A DNA stretch of 26,785 nucleotides from Octopus sinensis (lineage: Eukaryota): assembly GCF_006345805.1 (NCBI RefSeq), contig NW_021836077.1:1-26785 (forward strand). The letters are read 5' to 3'. A program made the translations under genes and the position numbers. The notes below the pieces were generated by a model that was not told the origin of the DNA, did no database searches, and saw only the letters and a program-made list of their open reading frames with translations. Positions 9,425 through 20,585 of this stretch are shown here, one piece after another. The number at the start of each line of letters is the position of its first letter. Within the stretch, counting starts at the first letter, position 1.

Positions 9425-9590
9425 TGTGTTGCGTGTGTGTGTTGTTTGTGTCTGTGTTTGTCTCCCCAACATTGCTTGACAACCGATATTGGTGTGTTTA
9501 CGTTACCGTGACTTAGCGGTTCGGCAAAAGAGATCCGACAGAATAAGTACTAGGCTTACAAAGAGTAAGTCCTGGGGTCGATTTATTTAA
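9183..9590 (+). mobile_element. SINE family A, near full length (tRNA head, internal (TG)n, tail)
   Basis: A-box-like TGGCTGTGTGG, B-box-like GGGTTCAGTCCC, CCTTGGGCAAGT segment, internal (TG)n at about 9355-9450, tail AGAATAAGTACTAGGCTTACAAAG..GGGGTCGATTT. Confidence 0.92.
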
Positions 9591-9904
9591 GGTGGTGAGG
9601 CTTTTTCTGAACATGCTGACTGCTTTCTTCAAAAATGGTTACAACTCAAAAAACACCAGATTTGGCATACGTTGTGGCCCTAACAAACTCCCCAGCACAT
9701 TTACCGGCGCGGAATAATTCGGCAAATACGCTTCTACGGTTTAATTCTTTATTAACATCCATAGTTTGTTCAATCTGAAATATAAAATAGTACAAGTGAT
9801 TGTTCAAGCTGGTAATGTTTAAAATTTAGACTCCAGCAAAATCTATACAATGAGAAATATACCCATTTGGAATTTGTCCCAATTTACCTGTTACACCCTG
9901 TAGG

Positions 9905-9955
9905 TATATGTATATATACATGTGTGTGTGTGTGTGTGTGTTGTGTGTGTGTGTG

Positions 9956-9986
<31 letters not shown>

Positions 9987-10031
9987 GTGTTTATATGTAT
10001 ATATATATATGCATGTATATATATATGCATG

Positions 10032-10098
<67 letters not shown>

Positions 10099-10102
10099 TG
10101 TA
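9905..10102. repeat. Compound (TG)n/(TA)n/(TATG)n microsatellite
   Basis: Directly visible. Confidence 0.95.
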
Positions 10103-10127
10103 TTTGTACAATTTGAACCCATTATTA

Positions 10128-10335
10128 AAAGGGGCGACTAGCAGAATCCTTTTCACTTCGAGCACAATGCTTAGCGGCATTTCGTCCGCTATTACATTCA
10201 AATTCCACAAAGAACATCCTCGTGCGACCAATAAAATAAATACCACTGAAGTATTAGGGGGTGGGGGTTGATGTTATCGACAAACCCCCCACCCACCCAA
10301 ATGTCAAGCTTTTTACTTATCGTAGAAAGAATTAT
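10128..10335 (+). mobile_element. SINE family B, old diverged copy
   Basis: ATGCTTAGCGGCATTTCGTC..TTCAAATTCC..GGGGTTGATGTTATCGAC..GTAGAAAGAATTATT parallels 21920-22128. Confidence 0.65.
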
Positions 10336-10362
10336 TATTATTAGTAGTAGTAGTAGTAGTAT

Positions 10363-10950
10363 TGCCTTTGTACAGCTTTTATCGCTGGAGATGTATCATG
10401 GTGTCAGCTGTTCACTACCAGTGAACTAAGGTAACACCTCTTATTTTTCGAGCACCTTCCGGAGTATTCAAGCGGTTCCAAGCAGTGCTGTTTTCTGCAA
10501 GTGCTCTACCCTTATTGCAGCCCCTATTTGTTCCATGTACGTCTCGAGAATTTTACTCACTGTTTCCAGGGCTCCGACAATTATTGGTACTACTGCTACC
10601 TTTTTCATCGACCACAACTGCTTAACTTCTCAAGCTATCCTCACATATCTATCTACTTTTCTTTCTTCCTTATCGCATACCTTGTTGTCAGCTGGGCATG
10701 CTATATCTATGATACAAAGACCTCATCTCAACACATGGCTATGATGCTCCCGCACTTCTGCTCGTGATCAGAGATACACATGTCGTTAGCCGCTAAGGGA
10801 CATGCTCAACTGGTTATGGTCAAGCAACTGAAAAAACAAATCTGTATATGGTATTGAGCAGAATATTTGCTGTAGCCCAAGACGAAACAATGTTCATGAT
10901 AACACTTCCAATCAGTTAAGATCAGAAACCATGAGAGTCGGTGCCTGATA
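10363..10950 (-). mobile_element. R4/Dong-type (restriction-like endonuclease) non-LTR retrotransposon remnant
   Basis: Minus strand 10718-10441 translates CIIDIACPADNKVCDKEERKVDRYVRIA*EVKQLWSMKKVAVVPIIVGALETVSKILETYMEQIGAAIRVEHLQKTALLGTA*ILRKVLEK*, a typical R4-clade C-terminus. Flanked by TAA-related triplet arrays. Membership of 10720-10950 is inferred. Confidence 0.8.
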
Positions 10951-11133
10951 CTTTATTATTATTGTTGTTGTTGTTGTCGTCGTCGTCGTTATCATCGTTG
11001 TTGCTGTTATTATTTCACATTGAAAATCTTAGCTGCTAATTCCTGACAAGATTATAAAAGAATGCGCAAAGCGGTGAAACAAAAACCAAAACGATGGAGA
11101 TTTCTCTTAACACCAAAGGCAAAAGAGAACGCG

Positions 11134-11172
<39 letters not shown>

Positions 11173-11414
11173 AAGGAATTGGAACCTCATATATATATAC
11201 ACAAAGATCAGCTTAAAATTAAAAATTTTTAAATTTCTAGAACTTCCACATCTATAAGTTATATTATGTTATCGTGTTATAAGAAGGAGAAGAGAGAGAG
11301 GGGGAGGGGAGGAGAGAGAGAGAGAGAAATAGATGGAATTAAGAAGACTTCTTTAAATGTTGGTTGGGGATTTAGAAAAGACAAAGAAATATAACAAAGA
11401 AGAATGTAATCCAT

Positions 11415-11727
11415 ATAGATATGTATGTGTGTAGATATGTACATATCTATATGTATATGTATGTATATGTATAGATATATGTATATGTATATATATATGT
11501 GTGTGTGTGCGCGTGTGTGTATGTATATGTATACATATGTATGTATGTCTTATGTAGATATAGATATATGTGTGTATACATGTATGTATATATACATATA
11601 TATATAATTTATATTTATTAATACATACTAATATAAAACACACACATACAAAGATATACATTTATATGCTTGTATGAATGTATATGCATATATATTTATA
11701 TACATACATATATATAATATAATATAA

Positions 11728-11776
<49 letters not shown>

Positions 11777-11855
11777 ACGTGTGTACAATCTAAAGATATG
11801 TTTAACACACACAGCTGTACATATGTATGCATTTTATATATATACATATATAACA
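11415..11855. repeat. Low-complexity TA/TG/CA tract
   Basis: Directly visible. Confidence 0.9.
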
Positions 11856-11857
11856 CA

Positions 11858-13950
11858 AGTCCGTTGAACCAACAAGACAAAATAGAACGATCCTGGATCT
11901 GATATTAACAGGCCACTCTGGTTCCATCCATAGCATTTTAGCCGAAAAGACTCTCCCCTAGGACCACGGCATGATTCACTACAGCTTTAATTTCTGGCAT
12001 ACCAAACCCAAACTAGTCACTTCCACTCCTTTGCACCTATTTGACAATATAAATTTTCACAAAGCAGACTGGGGAACAATCAGAAAGGATCTGTTCTTTA
12101 TCGACTGGGTACTTCACTCACAGTTCCACTGACATAGAAATCACACGGCAGCGCTGTGAGGACATTGTTACCTATACAGGCTCAAAACACTCTCCTACGA
12201 AATTCACAAGCACGAACAGAAACAGACTCCCTAGTGAGAAAAAAAAACCTTCATCAGGAGCATCAAAAGACAATAAAAATCAACCAATGAAAATACTCCG
12301 ACAAACAGTATCCACATTCAACAACAATGAAAAGGTTTCAGTTGGAAAAAACTTCATTTGCAGACCAACATGAAAACCTGAAAAGTAGGTAACCAAAAGA
12401 AAATCAAACAGAACCTAGAAGTGTTCTATTCACATGCAAATAAATATAGGACCGTTGTCTCACCCGTTGGTTCATTGATCGATAATAACAGCATTCTCCA
12501 ACATGATACTAAAGAAATGGCAGAAGTACTGCAGAAATAATACTGCTCTGTCTTTAGTGATCCCACTGATATTGACGAAGTTGATTACCAACATAAAATC
12601 TTGGACATAACCTTCACTGCCTCAGACATCATAGTAGCAATAAATGAGATCAAATACTATTCTGTTGTTGGCCCTCGTAGATTCCCCGCTAGTCTCTTGA
12701 AGGAATGTAGGCACCAACTTGCAATCTCTCTAACCAAGTGGAAAAATTCTTTAGACTCAGGTTATATACTGAAACAGCTCTTACTGCAGTCTGTCATCCC
12801 GGATTTCAAACAAGGAAACAGATCCCTCGCAGTCAACTATCGCCCAATCTCACTCACCTTCCATATCACGAAAGTGTTTGAAAGTGTGGTGATATCAAGG
12901 ATGGCTGGCTTCCTGGAGAGCCACCATCTCCTAAATTCAAACCAGCATGGCTTCCGCTGAGGCAGGAACTGTCTAACACAGCCCTTACACCACATCGATG
13001 GTGTTCTTAATGCCTTGAGATCAGGTTCGAACTCTGATGTCATATATCTTGACTTCAGTTAAGGGTTCGACAGAGTTGACCATACTGAGTTGTCCTACTG
13101 TCAAAATTGTCAAATATTGGAATCCGTAGAAATCTTTTACACTGGATTGAGTATTTCCTAAAGAACAGAACACAACATGTGATTGGTGGAATCCACTCAA
13201 TCCCAGCAAACGTCACCCTCAGGGGACTAATCTGGACCCGCTTCTCTTTATACACTATATAAACGACCTTTCCAGCGTCATAAAACACAGCAAAGTGAAA
13301 ATATTCGTCGATGATTCCAAGCTCCAGAAAATTATCAACGGAGAAGAAAACGAAACTGAACTCCAGTCTGATCTATATGCTGTAAGTCAATGAGCAAATA
13401 AAAACTAAACGAGGGAAATTTTGAACTGATGCAATTTTGAAAAAAGAAAAACTATGCTAGGAAGACCATATTCTCTTCCTTCGGGGGAACCACTCACAGC
13501 ATCTAATAATATCAGAGATCTAGAACTAATTGTTGACAACAATCTTAGCTGCAGTGCCCACATCAACAATAAAGTTTATATGGTTAATATGATGAGCTGC
13601 AGGATCCTAAGAACCTTGCGGTCCAGAGAACAAGGTGTCATCATTCCTCTTTTCTCCTTCTTTGTACGGCCAAACCTAAAATAGTCTTGCCCCTATGGTC
13701 TTCCCACATAAAACGAGACATGGCGAAAAATGAATCACCCCAGACGGCATTCATTTAAAGAATTAAGGGCATGACTGATCTCGATTATTGGAACCACCTT
13801 AAAGCATTGAAGCCCTATTCTCTCCACCGCCGCCGTAAGTGATACATCATTTGCACAATGTGGAGAATATAACGCCAGCATCGCCCAAACGACCTCAATA
13901 TTAGTTTCAGAATTTATCCGAAGTTAGGACTACAAGCCATACGTGCCCAA
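11858..13950 (+). mobile_element. Decayed CR1-group LINE ORF2 (APE C-terminus plus reverse transcriptase), multiple stops and frameshifts
   Basis: Motifs in order: EPTRQNRTILDLILT..*DH (APE end), INFHKADW, EMAEVLQK*YCSVF, NYRPISLT, NQHGFR, DVIYLDFS*GFDRVDH, YINDL..KIFVDDSKL (FADD site), LQSDL, IRDLELIVDNNL, FVRPNL, YSLHRRR. Confidence 0.95.
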
Positions 13951-13957
13951 GTTACGT

Positions 13958-14036
13958 GCTTAAGTTACGAGGACGTAAACACACCAACATCGGTTTCAAG
14001 CGATGTTGGGGAGACAAACACAGATACACACACACA

Positions 14037-14068
<32 letters not shown>

Positions 14069-14230
14069 CACACACATAATATATATATATATATAATGCG
14101 ACGGGCTTCTTTCAGTTTAACAAATTCACTCACAAGGCTTTGGTCGGGCCGAGGCTATGGTAGAATAGACTTGCCCAAGGTGCCACGCAGTGGGACTGAA
14201 CCCGGAACCATGTGCTCGGTAAGCAAGCTA
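13958..14230 (-). mobile_element. SINE family A abutting the truncated LINE end
   Basis: Reverse complement aligns to about 9205-9520, with an internal CA/TA array. Confidence 0.9.
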
Positions 14231-14337
14231 TTTTATTTCATTAAGATTTGCCATGTGGTGCAATTTCCCACTTCACCAACTTTCCATTGTTATTTGCCAT
14301 GTTTTTTTTTAAGTAAAAAATGTCCAAAAATATAGTT

Positions 14338-14428
14338 CTATCGCCCAATCTCACTCACCTTCCATATCATGAAAGTATTTGAAAGTGAGGTGAGATCAAG
14401 AATAGTTGGCTTCCTGGAGAGCCACCAT
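14338..14428 (+). mobile_element. 91-bp second copy of LINE RT segment 12837-12927
   Basis: Ungapped match with 7 substitutions by my count. Confidence 0.9.
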
Positions 14429-14995
14429 GACAAAATAATTAAGGAAAAAAAAGGAAGAGATAAAGTCCAAACAAAAGGAAGGAGAGGAAAAATTAACAGT
14501 TCAATAAAGAGTTTTTTTTAAATAAAATATAGATGAAGAGAGAGCATCAGTTCAAAACACAGCAAAGGCCACTCGGTACTCCAGGCCAAAATTTTTACGC
14601 AATTGTTAAATAGTTAAAAAAATCATTCCAATTTTCTTCTCATAGGTACTCCTTGACAAGAACAATATTGTTGAAATTTTTCTAAAAATTCCCACGGAGT
14701 TATTCCTGGACAAACTATTTTCTAACAAAATTTTGCGGCAGGATACGCCCACCAAACCAATAATTTTTACAATTAAGTGAAAAAAATTTTCACTCCGCCT
14801 CAGGCAGACTAGGATCCAATGTTGACTTCTTGTTTCGAAAAAATAATTGCTCTAAACAACAGGTCCCCACTCGACAGAAAAAAGTTTTACCTTACAGCTG
14901 AGTTTCAAATGTCTTCAACTTAAGACGGCTTCAAAAACACGTCTTACAGCTTCGGTGTCAAACACAACTCTAATTCGCACATGCACAATGAGGTG

Positions 14996-15026
14996 GCAAG
15001 CTACTTTCCACACAGCCACTCCTGCG
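14996..15026 (-). mobile_element. SINE family A head fragment
   Basis: GCAAGCTACTTTCCACACAGCCACTCCTGCG matches 246-276. Confidence 0.8.
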
Positions 15027-15128
15027 GCTATATGTATACAAATTACTACTAAAAACACGTACTTGAAAATAATCTGTGCGTTTCTTTTGGAAATTCATCA
15101 GTGAAACTCGATCGTGGCTCATAGATAT

Positions 15129-15176
<48 letters not shown>

Positions 15177-15177
15177 A

Positions 15178-15220
<43 letters not shown>

Positions 15221-15386
15221 ATTCTAACGGATTTCCTACAGAAGATATCTAACAGGAGTATAAACAACATCAATCCATCAAGCAACAGAAGGCTTCAATA
15301 ATTCCTATTTTTACTCTAATCTATGGAATATTGCACTTATATCTCTTCCATACAACCTAGTCTGTCTTTAAGAGATGACGAATTAT

Positions 15387-15552
15387 GTACATTATTTACA
15401 TTATTTACATTATTTACATTTGACGGATATTTATCCTCATCATGTTTGTTGTTAACAAGTTTCGGCTGATACACCTTCCAGCTCACGGGCATATGGCGTA
15501 GTGGTTAAGAGCGCGGGCTACTAACCCCAAGATTCTGAGTTCGATCCAGTGA

Positions 15553-15588
<36 letters not shown>

Positions 15589-15750
15589 CAACGACAACAT
15601 CGAAAAATACCTAGGGAATGAGAACCCAATTTTGAAATTTCCCCAAGACACCTGATGAAAGCTGGAGAGTACATCAGCCGAAACTTTGTGTTAACAACAA
15701 ACAAGATGAGAATAAATATCTGTCAAATGTAAATAATGTAAATAATGTAC
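15387..15750 (+). mobile_element. tRNA-headed SINE-like element with hammerhead tail and upstream inverted tail copy
   Basis: Head from 15487 has A box TGGCGTAGTGG (15494-15504) and B box GAGTTCGATCC (15537-15547), followed by an (AAT)n linker and hammerhead 15648-15691. 15387-15483 is the reverse complement of 15660-15750. Confidence 0.8.
15648..15691 (+). ncRNA. Minimal type-I hammerhead ribozyme motif (slightly decayed)
   Basis: ACAC-CTGATGA-AA-GCTG-gagagtacat-CAGC-C-GAAA-CT-TT-GTGT. Stem I is ACAC/GTGT and stem II is GCTG/CAGC. Stem III reads ACTT, one change from palindromic ACGT. Confidence 0.65.
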
Positions 15751-16026
15751 TATTCTGTCATATTTCACTTTATTGCTGTATTAAATTCTTTACCTCAGAT
15801 CATCCTAGATATTTTACATGTTACCCCTACCTCATTTTAGTTCGTGCGGTCGTTTAGACAACTCAACTGTTCTTATCAGGTTCTCTCATACTTTTACATA
15901 ATTTAAATCCCTTTTTGCAAACTTTGCCGTTACATTAGTCCAATCAACAAGACACATACAAGCAATTGCAGTTTAGCTGTTAAAGATCGAATGAAAATAA
16001 TGTTTGAGATCGAATAAAATTAAATA

Positions 16027-16203
16027 CCGTATTTTAACGTGTATAAGGAACATATTTCTGCCAAAATTTAGGTTTAAAAATATTGGAGTTTCTTATACAT
16101 GGATAATATTATAATCCCTTGCAAAACCTTTTTTCAAATTTCAAGACCCCAGAATTAGAGGGTTCCTTATACACGTAGGTTCCCTTTACACGTTAAAATA
16201 CGG
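16027..16203. mobile_element. Tc1/mariner-superfamily MITE (Tc2/pogo-like CCGTA ends), 177 bp
   Basis: TIRs CCGTATTTTAACGTGTATAAGGAAC and GTTCCCTTTACACGTTAAAATACGG, TA on both sides (16025-16026, 16204-16205), subterminal repeat GTTCCTTATACACGT. Confidence 0.88.
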
Positions 16204-16939
16204 TATATGGTAAGTTCGTTTAATTACAAATTACTTCCAAATGTAGTGGTAATTCATTTAAATTGTGTCTTATGTATTTATTATAACTTCTCTCGCGTCT
16301 CTTCCAATTGCTTCTTTATTAACGATCCATAAAGAAAAAGAAGAAAACAAAGAAAGAAAGAGAAAACATTGCGTATCTTCTAAACTGTAATTACGGTCCA
16401 TCTCCAAGAGATTCGTCGCTTCATATGTTTAATTTAGTGTAATTTATTACGACGGATTATGTCATACTGACGATTTCAAATAAGAATGAAATGGTGCTGT
16501 ATATCATTACCTATGATTAGAAGTTTTAAGTTCTTTGTAATGAGTAAGAAAATAATATTAATTATGAATAATCTGTCAAGATTTTCTAGATGTAGTAATA
16601 TACTTTACAATACCTGGCCACCTGATGACAACAAGTGTTTTAGTCTTACATAGAACACGGTACTAACAGATCATAATTCACATATCTCTACCAATAACGG
16701 CAAATTTTTAGATTTCAGTGATAAACCTCTGGTAAAACAGTACATTTTTTATAAAAAAAAGAAACCTTCAATAATATTACCGTAAAATCTCTACAATAAA
16801 ATAATAATATATATCAAAATTGTTAATGGGAATACATTTAGTGGAGGTAAACTGGCTTTCACTTGTGGTTTATCTAAAATATCAGCAAGTTTTTGGACAG
16901 CCCTATCTGTTCATTGAAATGCGTCCAAATTTCTTCGAA

Positions 16940-17067
16940 TTATATATACATATATGTGTGTGTGTGTGTCTGTGTGTGTGTTTCTGTGTGTGTGTGGGTG
17001 TAAGTATATTATATGTATATATGTATGTGATGCATACATACACACTAACAACCCCATAATACATACG

Positions 17068-17125
<58 letters not shown>

Positions 17126-18240
17126 TCACTGGGATATGTTTGTCTTCTTTAATCATTATTCCGATAATTCGGAAGATAAAAGAATAGAACATTCGCAAAA
17201 CACTACCTTCCAGCTAAAGTGAAAGTTTATATATATGATATAATGTATATATGTATGTGTAATATATACATATATATGTATATATGAATTAGCCATATAT
17301 ATATATATATATATATATTATAATATATATGTGTGTGTGTGTGTGCGTGTGGTGTATAGAGAAAGACAGCAGATAGATAGATAGATAGATAGAGAGAGAG
17401 GAGAGAGAGAGAGATACATGCATGTATGTATATATGAATTTATATCGGAGTACGTACTATATAATATTATATAATTTCGACTCTAGCTACAATTAAATAT
17501 ATGGATGTACAAAAACACACGGGGGCAAACATACAAACATACAAACACACACACATATGGACATACACACACATATGGACATACACACAGAGGTATGTAT
17601 ATATATATTATATATATATATATATATATATTTGTTTGTGTGTATGTATGTATGTATGTATGTATGTATGTATGTATGTATGTATATACGTATATATATA
17701 TAATATATATATATACAATCACGTATGCTCATGGTTGTCTTACTTGAGTAATGCTATGTCTAATACACACACATACACACAAACAAACTTACACACATAC
17801 ACGCACACACGCACACACCACACACACACACATACATTAGGCTTGGCATTACGCAGGTAAGATCACCATCAGCACGTAGGATTTATCGAAAGTTGCCATC
17901 ATAATAAACCAATTATGATTAGTAATCTTGTAACATGTGCAGTATTAGTGCGCATCGGAGTGCAGCAGATGTAATGTAGTCTGCAGATAGGCACCTATCG
18001 CTCAGCTGGGCTTCACTCACTAATGCATATATAGATATGATTATTAGATTTACTGCCTTAAATCATCATATACACCTGACAGTATGTGTGTCAATGTGTA
18101 AAGGTGTACGTTTATAAGTATCTACGTAAGGTCTATAATTGCATATATGTATACATACATACATACATATATACATACATATATATATATATGTATATAT
18201 ATACGTATATATATACGTATATAGATAGATATATAGATAC

Positions 18241-18302
<62 letters not shown>

Positions 18303-18991
18303 TATATATATAGGTATATATATTATTTTATATATAGCTCGCCTATATTATGTATGGTACATACACATCTATATGTATTTGTAGCACATATGCGGATGTA
18401 TAATTTTATAAATATTATTTAAGTATGTATTATATATATATATATATACACATACACACATATTATATATATACATATATATATATACATATATATATAT
18501 ACATATATATATACACACATATATATATATATACACGTGAGCACATGCACACAGCTACACACACATATACAGAGAGAAAAAGAGAGAGAGATCGAAAAAT
18601 GTAATTCTATAAGTGCGTCGAAAACTTTGTACATATGCAAATGTAAGCATATTTTTAAGTGTGTGCGCGAGAAATGTATGCGTGTGTATGCGTTTGTGTG
18701 TGGGTGGGTGTGCACGCGCGTGTGTGTTTGTGTGTGGTGTTTATATGCCTCTGGGGTTAACTTATATTCCATACGTTTATCTCCAAATATCTTAAATATA
18801 TGTATTTTCACCTCTTAAAATAATGACATTAAAATTAAATCGCTCATAGAAAATCTTAAATTCATCAATAAATAAATACAAGATACCCACATACACACAC
18901 ACACCACACACACACACATACACACACACACACACGCACATAAATATATAAATATAAATGCCATAGATTATATACATTCATGTATACATAC

Positions 18992-19022
<31 letters not shown>

Positions 19023-19050
19023 CATTTAATTTGATATATATATATATATA
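16940..19050. repeat. Extended microsatellite-rich region (TA, TG, CA, TACA, GATA, GA) with short unique islands
   Basis: Directly visible; accounts for all ORFs in this interval. Confidence 0.9.
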
Positions 19051-19052
19051 TC

Positions 19053-19213
19053 TAAATTTGTGTACATTTAAACACAAAAGAGGCGACCTTTAACAGGCAA
19101 CCTTACACGCTAGAAGGAGCAGTGAAAACGATCAAAACTACATTTAAGAGCAATTTTTTGCAAGACTGCCTGTTAAAGGTCGCCTCCTTTGTGTTTAAAT
19201 GTACACTAATTTA
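19053..19213. repeat. Inverted repeat, arms about 52 bp (19053-19104 and 19162-19213)
   Basis: GTGTACATTTAAACACAAAAGAGGCGACCTTTAACAGGCA versus TGCCTGTTAAAGGTCGCCTCCTTTGTGTTTAAATGTACAC. Confidence 0.92.
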
Positions 19214-19387
19214 ATATTGAGAAGATGCTGTCTATTGACTTTTTATACATGCTAGGCCACTGGTGGTGAAATATCTATAAAAGTTCGCTATCCTATATTT
19301 TACGAGCATATATATATATATACACGATTACATAAATACTACATGTATACATACATACATACATACATACATCATACATATATACAT

Positions 19388-19437
<50 letters not shown>

Positions 19438-19486
19438 TAATATATATATATATGTATATGTATGGATGTAATTATGTATGTATATT

Positions 19487-19675
19487 GGGAAATTCACAAA
19501 GAAACCAAAAGACGAAGACAGGTGGTGTAGACAACAAACAGATGTATTAGTATAACGCTAGGGAAGTGAAAAAGTCTTTTACGTTTCGAGCGTACGCTCT
19601 TCCACAGAAAGGAACACAGAAAGAAACAAGGAGAGAAAATAAAGAATGTGTAGTGGCTAGCGATCCATCATGGCG
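19487..19675 (-). mobile_element. Family H element, best-preserved copy (hammerhead-like motif 19576-19611)
   Basis: Minus strand: CTTT-CTGTGGA-A-GAGC-GTAC-GCTC-GAAA-CG-TA-AAAG, with all stems intact. Confidence 0.8.
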
Positions 19676-19780
19676 AATATATATATGTGTGAGTGTGTGT
19701 GTTTTCATAAATGCTTGTGTGAGCAAGTGTGTATTTTTGTGTATTTTTGCGTCAATACATACATAAATATATTATATATA

Positions 19781-19940
19781 TTCTTTTTATTTGTTTCAAG
19801 TCATTTGACTGCGGCCATTCTAGAGCACTGCCTTTAGTCGAGCGTATCGACCCCAGGACTTATTGCTTGTAAGCCTAGTACTTATTCTATCGGTTCTCTT
19901 TTTGTTGAACCGCTAAGTTCCGTGGACGTAAACACACTGT
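19781..19940 (-). mobile_element. SINE family A 3' tail
   Basis: TCGACCCCAGGACTTATT..GTAAGCCTAGTACTTATTCT..GAACCGCTAAGT is the reverse complement of about 9490-9585. It stops at (TA)n. Confidence 0.88.
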
Positions 19941-19947
19941 GTATATA

Positions 19948-20001
<54 letters not shown>

Positions 20002-20477
20002 TGAAGTTAAATTGATTCACAGAATCTAAATTTCTTACAAAGAAGTAAAAAATCTGAAAATCGGTTATATTGATGTAGTTTTCCACTCTTATAGCGTGAA
20101 CCCATGAAAATCGAAAAAAAAAAGCAGTGTATTTTTCGCGAATACTGAGACAAATTTTCTGCGTTTTAGCGGAGTAAACTTTAAGGTTGTACCCTGTGAA
20201 ATTTATAGATTAGCGTCTGTGAACTGACCTGTTACCTAATTAAGTCAACACGTATCATCTTACTGTTTCTTTTGTCTCTTCATTAATAGTGTTTTGTATG
20301 TTTTTATTATTTCTTACAAAATTTGTTATATTAATGTATTTGTCTGCATCTATTTACTTTATGCGTATTTCAGTATTATGTATACCTGTCATGTATTTGT
20401 GTTCATCATTAATATATAAGTGCATGTGGATGTATGTATTCATATGTAAGTTTATATGTACATTTATGCATTCGTCT

Positions 20478-20521
20478 GTGTGTGTTGGTGTGTGTGTGTG
20501 TGTGTGTGTGTGTCTGTGTGT

Positions 20522-20585
<64 letters not shown>
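20478..20585. repeat. (TG)n microsatellite
   Basis: Directly visible. Confidence 0.97.

Noticed and set aside
14520-14995. Possible L1/Tx1-like C-terminal remnant on the minus strand
   Set aside because: Only a vague Cys..E...VF resemblance across several stops; needs a translated search.
15487-15555. Possible tRNA gene
   Set aside because: A and B boxes are present, but the acceptor and T stems do not close and it runs into (AAT)n; treated as a SINE head.
16654-16731. 78-nt AG..GT-bounded open frame on the plus strand (NTVLTDHNSHISTNNGKFLDFSDKPL)
   Set aside because: Weak splice signals, no partner exon or homology; expected by chance.
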